From the human T2T-CHM13v2.0 reference genome, Homo sapiens: a DNA stretch of 64,000 nt. Location: assembly GCF_009914755.1 (NCBI RefSeq), contig NC_060941.1, one strand, 5' to 3'. Position 1 is the stretch's first letter, and every line of letters begins with the position of its first letter. The notes beneath the pieces were generated by a model. The model was given only the letters and a program-made list of their open reading frames with translations. It was not told the DNA's origin and made no database searches. The position numbers were made by a program, and so were the translations under genes. Shown here piece after piece: positions 52,401-64,000 of the stretch.

Positions 52401-54866
52401 CTCACGGAGTTGAACACTCCTTTTGAGAGCGCAGTTTTGAAACTCTCTTTCTGTGGCATCTGCAAGGGGACATGTAGACCTCTTTGAAGATTTCGTTGGA
52501 AACGGAATCATCTTCACATAAAAACTACACAGATGCATTCTCAGGAACTTTTTGGTGATGTTTGTATTCAACTCCCAGAGTTGAACTTTCCTTTGGAAAG
52601 AGCAGCTATGAAACACTCTTTTTCTAGAATCTGCAAGTGGACGTTTGGAGGGCTTTGTGGTTTGTGGTGGAAAAGGAAATATCTTCACCTAAATACTAGA
52701 TAGAAGCATTCTCAGAAACTGCTTTGTGATGATTGCATTCACCTCACAGAGTTGAACATTCCTATTGATAGAGCAGTTTGGAAACACTCTTGTTGTGGAA
52801 TGTGCAAGTGGAGATTTGGAGCGCTTTGAGGCCTATGGTAGTAAAGGGAATAGCTTCATAGAAAAACTAGACAGAAGCATTCTCAGAAAATACTTTGTGA
52901 TGATTGAGTTTAACTCACAGAGCTGAACATTCCTTTGGATGGAGCAGGTTTGAGACACACTTTTTGTAGAATCTACAAGTGGATATTTGGACCTCTCTGA
53001 GGATTTCGTTGGAAACGGGATAACTGCACCTAACTAAACGGAAGCATTCTCAGAAACTTCTTGGTGATGTTTGCATTCAAATCCCAGAGTTGAACCTTCC
53101 TTTGATAGTTCAGGTTTGAAACACTCTTTTTGTAGGATCTGCAAGTGGATATTTGGACCACTCTGTGGCCTTCATTCGAAACGGGTATATCTTCGCATAA
53201 AATCTAGACAGAAGCCTTCTCAGAAACTTCTCTGTGATGATTGCATTCAACTCACAGAGTTGAACCCTCCTATGGATAGAGCAGTGTTGAAACTCTCTTT
53301 TTGTGGAATCTGCAAGTGGATATGTGGACCTCTCCGAAGATGTCTTTGGAAACGGGAATATCTTCACATAAAAACTAAACAGAAGCATTCTCAGAAACTT
53401 CTCTGTGATGTTTGTGTTCAACTCCCAGAGTTTCACATTGCTTTTCATAGAGTAGTTCTGAAACATGCTTTTCGTAGTGTCTACAAGTGGACATTTGGAG
53501 CGCTTTCAGGCCTGTGGTGGAAAACGAATTATGGTCACATAAAAACTGGAGAGAAGCATTGTCAGAAACTTCTTTGTGATGATTGCATTCAACTCACAGA
53601 GTTGAAGGTTCCTTTTCAAAGAGCAGTTTCCAATCACTCTTTGTGTGGAATCTGCAAGTGGATATTTGGACCTATTTTGAAGATTTCGTTGGAAACGGGA
53701 GAATCTTCACAGGAAAGCTAAACAGAAGCATTCTCAGAAACTTCTTTGTGATGCTTGCATTCAACTCACAGAGTTGAACTTTCCTTTCGAGAGAGAAGCT
53801 TTGAAACACTCTTTTTCCAGAATCTGCAAGTGGACATTTGGAGGGCTTTGAGGCCTGTGGTGGAAAAGGAATTATCTTCCCGTAAAAGCTAGATAGAAGC
53901 ATTCTCAGAAACTACTTTGTGATGATTGCATTCAAGTCACAGAGTTGAACATTCCCTTTGACAGAGCAGTTTGGAAACTCTCTTTGTGTAGAATCTGCAA
54001 GTGGAGATATGGACCGCTTTGAGGCCTATGGTAGTAAAGGAAATAGCTTCATATAAAAGCTAGACAGTAGCATTCACAGAAAACTCTTGGTGACGACTGA
54101 GTTTAACTCACAGAGCTGAACATTCCTTTGGATGGAGCAGTTTCGAAACACACTATTTGTAGAATGTGCAAGTGGATATTTAGGCCTCTCTGAGGATTTC
54201 GTTGGAAACGGGATAAACCGCACAGAACTAAACAGAAGCATTCTCAGAACCTTCTTCGTGATGTTTGCATTCAACTCACAGTGTTGAACCTTTCTTTGAT
54301 AGTTCAGGTTTGAAACGGTCTTTCTGTAGAAACTGCAAGTAGATATTTGGACCTCTCTGAGGATTTCGTTGGAAACGGGATAACCCGCACAGAACTAAAA
54401 CAGAAGCATTCTCAGAACCCTCTTCGTGATGTTTGCATTCAACTCACAGTGCTGAACCTTTCTTTGATAGTTCAGCTTTGAAACACTCTTTTTGTAGAAA
54501 CTGCAAGTGGATATTTGGTCCTCTCTGAGCATTTCGTTGGAAACGGGATAAACTGCACAGAACTAAACAGAAGCATTCTCAGAACCTTCTTCGTGATGTC
54601 TGCATTCAACTCACAGTGTGGAACCTTTCTTTGATAGTTCAGGTTTGAAACACTCTTTTTGTAGAAACTGCAAGGGGATAATTGCACTCTTTGAGGAGTA
54701 CCGTAGTAAAGGAAATAACTTCCTATAAAAAGAAGACAGAAGCTTTCTCAGAAAATTCTTTGGGATGATTGAGTTGAACTCACAGAGCTGAGCATTCCTT
54801 GCGATGTAGCAGTTTAGAAACACACTTTCTGCAGAATCTGCAAGTGCATATTTGGACCTCTGTGAG
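49437..54866 (+). repeat. Two full-length 16-mer HORs, both carrying the same mutated CENP-B box
   Basis: EcoRI at 49437, 52152, 54867 (2715 spacing). TTCG>TTCA at 50459 and 53174. Confidence 0.95.
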
Positions 54867-57415
54867 GAATTCGTTGGAAACGGGATAATTTCAGCTGACT
54901 AAACAGAAGCAGTCTCAGAATCTTCTTTGTGATGTTTGCATTCAAATCCCCGAGTTGAACTTTCCTTTCAAAGTTCACGTTTGAAACACTCTTTTTGCAG
55001 GATCTACAAGTGGATATTTGGACCACTCTGTGTCCTTCGTTCGAAACGGGTATATCTTCACATGACATCTAGACAGAAGCATCCTCAGAAGCTTCTCTGT
55101 GATGACTGCATTCAACTCACGGAGTTGAACACTCCTTTTGAGAGCGCAGTTTTGAAACTCTCTTTCTGTGGCATCTGCAAGGGGACATGTAGACCTCTTT
55201 GAAGATTTCGTTGGAAACGGAATCATCTTCACATAAAAACTACACAGATGCATTCTCAGGAACTTTTTGGTGATGTTTGTATTCAACTCCCAGAGTTGAA
55301 CTTTCCTTTGGAAAGAGCAGCTATGAAACACTCTTTTTCTAGAATCTGCAAGTGGACGTTTGGAGGGCTTTGTGGTTTGTGGTGGAAAAGGAAATATCTT
55401 CACCTAAATACTAGATAGAAGCATTCTCAGAAACTGCTTTGTGATGATTGCATTCACCTCACAGAGTTGAACATTCCTATTGATAGAGCAGTTTGGAAAC
55501 ACTCTTGTTGTGGAATGTGCAAGTGGAGATTTGGAGCGCTTTGAGGCCTATGGTAGTAAAGGGAATAGCTTCATAGAAAAACTAGACAGAAGCATTCTCA
55601 GAAAATACTTTGTGATGATTGAGTTTAACTCACAGAGCTGAACATTCCTTTGGATGGAGCAGGTTTGAGACACACTTTTTGTAGAATCTACAAGTGGATA
55701 TTTGGACCTCTCTGAGGATTTCGTTGGAAACGGGATAACTGCACCTAACTAAACGGAAGCATTCTCAGAAACTTCTTGGTGATGTTTGCATTCAAATCCC
55801 AGAGTTGAACCTTCCTTTGATAGTTCAGGTTTGAAACACTCTTTTTGTAGGATCTGCAAGTGGATATTTGGACCACTCTGTGGCCTTCGTTCGAAACGGG
55901 TATATCTTCGCATAAAATCTAGACAGAAGCCTTCTCAGAAACTTCTCTGTGATGATTGCATTCAACTCACAGAGTTGAACCCTCCTATGGATAGAGCAGT
56001 GTTGAAACTCTCTTTTTGTGGAATCTGCAAGTGGATATGTGGACCTCTCCGAAGATGTCTTTGGAAACGGGAATATCTTCACATAAAAACTAAACAGAAG
56101 CATTCTCAGAAACTTCTCTGTGATGTTTGTGTTCAACTCCCAGAGTTTCACATTGCTTTTCATAGAGTAGTTCTGAAACATGCTTTTCGTAGTGTCTACA
56201 AGTGGACATTTGGAGCGCTTTCAGGCCTGTGGTGGAAAACGAATTATGGTCACATAAAAACTGGAGAGAAGCATTGTCAGAAACTTCTTTGTGATGATTG
56301 CATTCAACTCACAGAGTTGAAGGTTCCTTTTCAAAGAGCAGTTTCCAATCACTCTTTGTGTGGAATCTGCAAGTGGATATTTGGACCTATTTTGAAGATT
56401 TCGTTGGAAACGGGAGAATCTTCACAGGAAAGCTAAACAGAAGCATTCTCAGAAACTTCTTTGTGATGCTTGCATTCAACTCACAGAGTTGAACTTTCCT
56501 TTCGAGAGAGAAGCTTTGAAACACTCTTTTTCCAGAATCTGCAAGTGGACATTTGGAGGGCTTTGAGGCCTGTGGTGGAAAAGGAATTATCTTCCCGTAA
56601 AAGCTAGATAGAAGCATTCTCAGAAACTACTTTGTGATGATTGCATTCAAGTCACAGAGTTGAACATTCCCTTTGACAGAGCAGTTTGGAAACTCTCTTT
56701 GTGTAGAATCTGCAAGTGGAGATATGGACCGCTTTGAGGCCTATGGTAGTAAAGGAAATAGCTTCATATAAAAGCTAGACAGTAGCATTCACAGAAAACT
56801 CTTGGTGACGACTGAGTTTAACTCACAGAGCTGAACATTCCTTTGGATGGAGCAGTTTCGAAACACACTATTTGTAGAATGTGCAAGTGGATATTTAGGC
56901 CTCTCTGAGGATTTCGTTGGAAACGGGATAACCCGCACAGAACTAAAACAGAAGCATTCTCAGAACCCTCTTCGTGATGTTTGCATTCAACTCACAGTGC
57001 TGAACCTTTCTTTGATAGTTCAGCTTTGAAACACTCTTTTTGTAGAAACTGCAAGTGGATATTTGGTCCTCTCTGAGCATTTCGTTGGAAACGGGATAAA
57101 CTGCACAGACCTAAACAGAAGCATTCTCAGAACCTTCTTCGTGATGTCTGCATTCAACTCACAGTGTGGAACCTTTCTTTGATAGTTCAGGTTTGAAACA
57201 CTCTTTTTGTAGAAACTGCAAGGGGATAATTGCACTTCTTTGAGGCCTACCGTAGTAAAGGAAATAACTTCCTATAAAAAGAAGACAGAAGCTTTCTCAG
57301 AAAATTCTTTGGGATGATTGAGTTGAACTCACAGAGCTGAGCATTCCTTGCGATGTAGCAGTTTAGAAACACACTTTCTGCAGAATCTGCAAGTGCATAT
57401 TTGGACCTCTGTGAG
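54867..57415 (+). repeat. 15-monomer (2549 bp) HOR deletion variant
   Basis: EcoRI 54867 to 57416 = 2549 bp = 2715 - 167 + 1. The AAACGGTCTT-containing monomer is missing (junction 56900-56931) and there is a 1-bp insertion at about 57237. Confidence 0.96.
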
Positions 57416-60400
57416 GAATTCGTTGGAAACGGGATAATTTCAGCTGACTAAACAGAAGCAGTCTCAGAATCTTCTTTGTGATGTTTGCATTCAAATCCCC
57501 GAGTTGAACTTTCCTTTCAAAGTTCACGTTTGAAACACTCTTTTTGCAGGATCTACAAGTGGATATTTGGACCACTCTGTGTCCTTCGTTCGAAACGGGT
57601 ATATCTTCACATGACATCTAGACAGAAGCATCCTCAGAAGCTTCTCTGTGATGACTGCATTCAACTCACGGAGTTGAACACTCCTTTTGAGAGCGCAGTT
57701 TTGAAACTCTCTTTCTGTGGCATCTGCAAGGGGACATGTAGACCTCTTTGAAGATTTCGTTGGAAACGGAATCATCTTCACATAAAAACTACACAGATGC
57801 ATTCTCAGGAACTTTTTGGTGATGTTTGTATTCAACTCCCAGAGTTGAACTTTCCTTTGGAAAGAGCAGCTATGAAACACTCTTTTTCTAGAATCTGCAA
57901 GTGGACGTTTGGAGGGCTTTGTGGTTTGTGGTGGAAAAGGAAATATCTTCACCTAAATACTAGATAGAAGTATTCTCAGAAACTGCTTTGTGATGATTGC
58001 ATTCACCTCACAGAGTTGAACATTCCTATTGATAGAGCAGTTTGGAAACACTCTTGTTGTGGAATGTGCAAGTGGAGATTTGGAGCGCTTTGAGGCCTAT
58101 GGTAGTAAAGGGAATAGCTTCATAGAAAAACTAGACAGAAGCATTCTCAGAAAATACTTTGTGATGATTGAGTTTAACTCACAGAGCTGAACATTCCTTT
58201 GGATGGAGCAGGTTTGAGACACACTTTTTGTAGAATCTACAAGTGGATATTTGGACCTCTCTGAGGATTTCGTTGGAAACGGGATAACTGCACCTAACTA
58301 AACGGAAGCATTCTCAGAAACTTCTTGGTGATGTTTGCATTCAAATCCCAGAGTTGAACCTTCCTTTGATAGTTCAGGTTTGAAACACTCTTTTTGTAGG
58401 ATCTGCAAGTGGATATTTGGACCACTCTGTGGCCTTCGTTCGAAACGGGTATATCTTCGCATAAAATCTAGACAGAAGCCTTCTCAGAAACTTCTCTGTG
58501 ATGATTGCATTCAACTCACAGAGTTGAACCCTCCTATGGATAGAGCAGTGTTGAAACTCTCTTTTTGTGGAATCTGCAAGTGGATATGTGGACCTCTCCG
58601 AAGATGTCTTTGGAAACGGGAATATCTTCACATAAAAACTAAACAGAAGCATTCTCAGAAACTTCTCTGTGATGTTTGTGTTCAACTCCCAGAGTTTCAC
58701 ATTGCTTTTCATAGAGTAGTTCTGAAACATGCTTTTCGTAGTGTCTACAAGTGGACATTTGGAGCGCTTTCAGGCCTGTGGTGGAAAACGAATTATGGTC
58801 ACATAAAAACTGGAGAGAAGCATTGTCAGAAACTTCTTTGTGATGATTGCATTCAACTCACAGAGTTGAAGGTTCCTTTTCAAAGAGCAGTTTCCAATCA
58901 CTCTTTGTGTGGAATCTGCAAGTGGATATTTGGACCTATTTTGAAGATTTCGTTGGAAACGGGAGAATCTTCACAGGAAAGCTAAACAGAAGCATTCTCA
59001 GAAACTTCTTTGTGATGCTTGCATTCAACTCACAGAGTTGAACTTTCCTTTCGAGAGAGAAGCTTTGAAACACTCTTTTTCCAGAATCTGCAAGTGGACA
59101 TTTGGAGGGCTTTGAGGCCTGTGGTGGAAAAGGAATTATCTTCCCGTAAAAGCTAGATAGAAGCATTCTCAGAAACTACTTTGTGATGATTGCATTCAAG
59201 TCACAGAGTTGAACATTCCCTTTGACAGAGCAGTTTGGAAACTCTCTTTGTGTAGAATCTGCAAGTGGAGATATGGACCGCTTTGAGGCCTATGGTAGTA
59301 AAGGAAATAGCTTCATATAAAAGCTAGACAGTAGCATTCACAGAAAACTCTTGGTGACGACTGAGTTTAACTCACAGAGCTGAACATTCCTTTGGATGGA
59401 GCAGTTTCGAAACACACTATTTGTAGAATGTGCAAGTGGATATTTAGGCCTCTCTGAGGATTTCGTTGGAAACGGGATAAACCGCACAGAACTAAACAGA
59501 AGCATTCTCAGAACCTTCTTCGTGATGTTTGCATTCAACTCACAGTGTTGAACCTTTCTTTGATAGTTCAGGTTTGAAACGGTCTTTCTGTAGAAACTGC
59601 AAGTAGATATTTGGACCGCTCTGAGGATTTCGTTGGAAACGGGATAACCCGCACAGAACTAAAACAGAAGCATTCTCAGAACCCTCTTCGTGATGTTTGC
59701 ATTCAACTCACAGTGCTGAACCTTTCTTTGATAGTTCAGCTTTGAAACACTCTTTTTGTAGAAACTGCAAGTGGATATTTGGTCCTCTCTGAGCATTTCG
59801 TTGGAAACGGGATAAACTGCACAGACCTAAACAGAAGCATTCTCAGAACCTTCTTCGTGATGTCTGCATTCAACTCACAGTGTGGAACCTTTCTTTGATA
59901 GTTCAGGTTTGAAACACTCTTTTTGTAGAAACTGCAAGGGGATAATTGCACTCTTTGAGGAGTACCGTAGTAAAGGAAATAACTTCCTATAAAAAGAAGA
60001 CAGAAGCTTTCTCAGAAAATTCTTTGGGATGATTGAGTTGAACTCACAGAGCTGAGCATTCCTTGCGATGTAGCAGTTTAGAAACACACTTTCTGCAGAA
60101 TCTGCAAGTGCATATTTGGACCTCTGTGAGGAATTCGTTGGAAACGGGATAATTTCAGCTGACTAAACAGAAGCAGTCTCAGAATCTTCTTTGTGATGTT
60201 TGCATTCAAATCCCCGAGTTGAACTTTCCTTTCAAAGTTCACGTTTGAAACACTCTTTTTGCAGGATCTACAAGTGGATATTTGGACCACTCTGTGTCCT
60301 TCGTTCGAAACGGGTATATCTTCACATGACATCTAGACAGAAGCATCCTCAGAAGCTTCTCTGTGATGACTGCATTCAACTCACGGAGTTGAACACTCCT

Positions 60401-63400
60401 TTTGAGAGCGCAGTTTTGAAACTCTCTTTCTGTGGCATCTGCAAGGGGACATGTAGACCTCTTTGAAGATTTCGTTGGAAACGGAATCATCTTCACATAA
60501 AAACTACACAGATGCATTCTCAGGAACTTTTTGGTGATGTTTGTATTCAACTCCCAGAGTTGAACTTTCCTTTGGAAAGAGCAGCTATGAAACACTCTTT
60601 TTCTAGAATCTGCAAGTGGACGTTTGGAGGGCTTTGTGGTTTGTGGTGGAAAAGGAAATATCTTCACCTAAATACTAGATAGAAGCATTCTCAGAAACTG
60701 CTTTGTGATGATTGCATTCACCTCACAGAGTTGAACATTCCTATTGATAGAGCAGTTTGGAAACACTCTTGTTGTGGAATGTGCAAGTGGAGATTTGGAG
60801 CGCTTTGAGGCCTATGGTAGTAAAGGGAATAGCTTCATAGAAAAACTAGACAGAAGCATTCTCAGAAAATACTTTGTGATGATTGAGTTTAACTCACAGA
60901 GCTGAACATTCCTTTGGATGGAGCAGGTTTGAGACACACTTTTTGTAGAATCTACAAGTGGATATTTGGACCTCTCTGAGGATTTCGTTGGAAACGGGAT
61001 AACTGCACCTAACTAAACGGAAGCATTCTCAGAAACTTCTTGGTGATGTTTGCATTCAAATCCCAGAGTTGAACCTTCCTTTGATAGTTCAGGTTTGAAA
61101 CACTCTTTTTGTAGGATCTGCAAGTGGATATTTGGACCACTCTGTGGCCTTCGTTCGAAACGGGTATATCTTCGCATAAAATCTAGACAGAAGCCTTCTC
61201 AGAAACTTCTCTGTGATGATTGCATTCAACTCACAGAGTTGAACCCTCCTATGGATAGAGCAGTGTTGAAACTCTCTTTTTGTGGAATCTGCAAGTGGAT
61301 ATGTGGACCTCTCCGAAGATGTCTTTGGAAACGGGAATATCTTCACATAAAAACTAAACAGAAGCATTCTCAGAAACTTCTCTGTGATGTTTGTGTTCAA
61401 CTCCCAGAGTTTCACATTGCTTTTCATAGAGTAGTTCTGAAACATGCTTTTCGTAGTGTCTACAAGTGGACATTTGGAGCGCTTTCAGGCCTGTGGTGGA
61501 AAACGAATTATGGTCACATAAAAACTGGAGAGAAGCATTGTCAGAAACTTCTTTGTGATGATTGCATTCAACTCACAGAGTTGAAGGTTCCTTTTCAAAG
61601 AGCAGTTTCCAATCACTCTTTGTGTGGAATCTGCAAGTGGATATTTGGACCTATTTTGAAGATTTCGTTGGAAACGGGAGAATCTTCACAGGAAAGCTAA
61701 ACAGAAGCATTCTCAGAAACTTCTTTGTGATGCTTGCATTCAACTCACAGAGTTGAACTTTCCTTTCGAGAGAGAAGCTTTGAAACACTCTTTTTCCAGA
61801 ATCTGCAAGTGGACATTTGGAGGGCTTTGAGGCCTGTGGTGGAAAAGGAATTATCTTCCCGTAAAAGCTAGATAGAAGCATTCTCAGAAACTACTTTGTG
61901 ATGATTGCATTCAAGTCACAGAGTTGAACATTCCCTTTGACAGAGCAGTTTGGAAACTCTCTTTGTGTAGAATCTGCAAGTGGAGATATGGACCGCTTTG
62001 AGGCCTATGGTAGTAAAGGAAATAGCTTCATATAAAAGCTAGGCAGTAGCATTCACAGAAAACTCTTGGTGACGACTGAGTTTAACTCACAGAGCTGAAC
62101 ATTCCTTTGGATGGAGCAGTTTCGAAACACACTATTTGTAGAATGTGCAAGTGGATATTTAGGACTCTCTGAGGATTTCGTTGGAAACGGGATAAACCGC
62201 ACAGAACTAAACAGAAGCATTCTCAGAACCTTCTTCGTGATGTTTGCATTCAACTCACAGTGTTGAACCTTTCTTTGATAGTTCAGGTTTGAAACGGTCT
62301 TTCTGTAGAAACTGCAAGTAGATATTTGGACCGCTCTGAGGATTTCGTTGGAAACGGGATAACCCGCACAGAACTAAAACAGAAGCATTCTCAGAACCCT
62401 CTTCGTGATGTTTGCATTCAACTCACAGTGCTGAACCTTTCTTTGATAGTTCAGCTTTGAAACACTCTTTTTGTAGAAACTGCAAGTGGATATTTGGTCC
62501 TCTCTGAGCATTTCGTTGGAAACGGGATAAACTGCACAGAACTAAACAGAAGCATTCTCAGAACCTTCTTCGTGATGTCTGCATTCAACTCACAGTGTGG
62601 AACCTTTCTTTGATAGTTCAGGTTTGAAACACTCTTTTTGTAGAAACTGCAAGGGGATAATTGCACTCTTTGAGGAGTACCGTAGTAAAGGAAATAACTT
62701 CCTATAAAAAGAAGACAGAAGCTTTCTCAGAAAATTCTTTGGGATGATTGAGTTGAACTCACAGAGCTGAGCATTCCTTGCGATGTAGCAGTTTAGAAAC
62801 ACACTTTCTGCAGAATCTGCAAGTGCATATTTGGACCTCTGTGAGGAATTCGTTGGAAACGGGATAATTTCAGCTGACTAAACAGAAGCAGTCTCAGAAT
62901 CTTCTTTGTGATGTTTGCATTCAAATCCCCGAGTTGAACTTTCCTTTCAAAGTTCACGTTTGAAACACTCTTTTTGCAGGATCTACAAGTGGATATTTGG
63001 ACCACTCTGTGTCCTTCGTTCGAAACGGGTATATCTTCACATGACATCTAGACAGAAGCATCCTCAGAAGCTTCTCTGTGATGACTGCATTCAACTCACG
63101 GAGTTGAACACTCCTTTTGAGAGCGCAGTTTTGAAACTCTCTTTCTGTGGCATCTGCAAGGGGACATGTAGACCTCTTTGAAGATTTCGTTGGAAACGGA
63201 ATCATCTTCACATAAAAACTACACAGATGCATTCTCAGGAACTTTTTGGTGATGTTTGTATTCAACTCCCAGAGTTGAACTTTCCTTTGGAAAGAGCAGC
63301 TATGAAACACTCTTTTTCTAGAATCTGCAAGTGGACGTTTGGAGGGCTTTGTGGTTTGTGGTGGAAAAGGAAATATCTTCACCTAAATACTAGATAGAAG

Positions 63401-64000
63401 CATTCTCAGAAACTGCTTTGTGATGATTGCATTCACCTCACAGAGTTGAACATTCCTATTGATAGAGCAGTTTGGAAACACTCTTGTTGTGGAATGTGCA
63501 AGTGGAGATTTGGAGCGCTTTGAGGCCTATGGTAGTAAAGGGAATAGCTTCATAGAAAAACTAGACAGAAGCATTCTCAGAAAATACTTTGTGATGATTG
63601 AGTTTAACTCACAGAGCTGAACATTCCTTTGGATGGAGCAGGTTTGAGACACACTTTTTGTAGAATCTACAAGTGGATATTTGGACCTCTCTGAGGATTT
63701 CGTTGGAAACGGGATAACTGCACCTAACTAAACGGAAGCATTCTCAGAAACTTCTTGGTGATGTTTGCATTCAAATCCCAGAGTTGAACCTTCCTTTGAT
63801 AGTTCAGGTTTGAAACACTCTTTTTGTAGGATCTGCAAGTGGATATTTGGACCACTCTGTGGCCTTCGTTCGAAACGGGTATATCTTCGCATAAAATCTA
63901 GACAGAAGCCTTCTCAGAAACTTCTCTGTGATGATTGCATTCAACTCACAGAGTTGAACCCTCCTATGGATAGAGCAGTGTTGAAACTCTCTTTTTGTGG
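57416..64000 (+). repeat. Two full 16-mer HORs plus a partial unit running off the window
   Basis: EcoRI at 57416, 60131, 62846; the sequence stays in phase to 64000. Confidence 0.95.

Larger units (their letters stand above)
1..64000 (+). repeat. D17Z1: Centromeric alpha-satellite HOR array, 16-mer / 2715 bp, SF3 pentamer-derived, consistent with human chr17 D17Z1
   Basis: Monomers of about 171 bp starting with (A)GAAGCATTCTCAGAAA-like sequence throughout. ORF starts recur at exactly 2715 bp (1829, 4544, 7259 ... 47984). One GAATTC per unit at 3625, 6340 ... 47065, 49437, 52152, 54867, 57416, 60131, 62846. A 2.7-kb EcoRI 16-mer with 15- and 14-mer variants is the established description of D17Z1. 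Alpha-satellite identity is near certain; the locus name rests on recalled knowledge, not an alignment. Confidence 0.93.

Noticed and set aside
469-63382. Recurrent ORFs of 60-216 aa on both strands, some with Cys-x2-Cys (CGIC, CDDC) patterns resembling zinc ligands
   Set aside because: They are translations of 171-bp (57-codon) monomers. They overlap in several frames, many begin at non-ATG codons (469 is TTG), and they show no recognisable domain or gene structure.
1-64000. Conserved motifs alternating with variable stretches, superficially CRISPR-like
   Set aside because: The intervening sequences are homologous monomer bodies that repeat every 2715 bp, not unique spacers, and there are no cas genes.
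1-64000. LINE-1/Alu insertion, inversion, or an embedded novel cassette
   Set aside because: Every EcoRI and ORF interval is accounted for by 2715, 1360, 2372 or 2549 bp, leaving no room for an insertion. All boxes read TTCG...CGGG on the + strand, and I saw no poly-A tail or target-site duplication.

Overview
The whole window is primate (almost certainly human) centromeric alpha satellite: about 167-172 bp monomers, all head-to-tail in one orientation, organised as a 16-monomer, 2715-bp higher-order repeat (HOR) with one EcoRI site per unit. The size, EcoRI periodicity and pentamer-derived B-B-B-A-A monomer pattern (suprachromosomal family 3) match the chromosome 17 D17Z1 array. The window holds 23 EcoRI sites that define 20 full 16-mers, one 14-mer (2372 bp) and one 15-mer (2549 bp). 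A 1360-bp 8-mer variant lacking the EcoRI monomer lies at the left end. I saw no genes, transposon insertions, inversions or unique sequence, and every ORF in the track is a by-product of the repeat. I found no evidence of a new biological system. The points of interest are array-evolution features: three mappable recombination junctions (two inside a CENP-B-box-containing identity tract of the same monomer), a three-change patch in the 15-mer, four point-mutated CENP-B boxes, and blocks of shared SNVs with a four-gamete violation across only 90 bp. All comparisons were made by eye with the ORF track as an aid, so the SNV lists may be incomplete.
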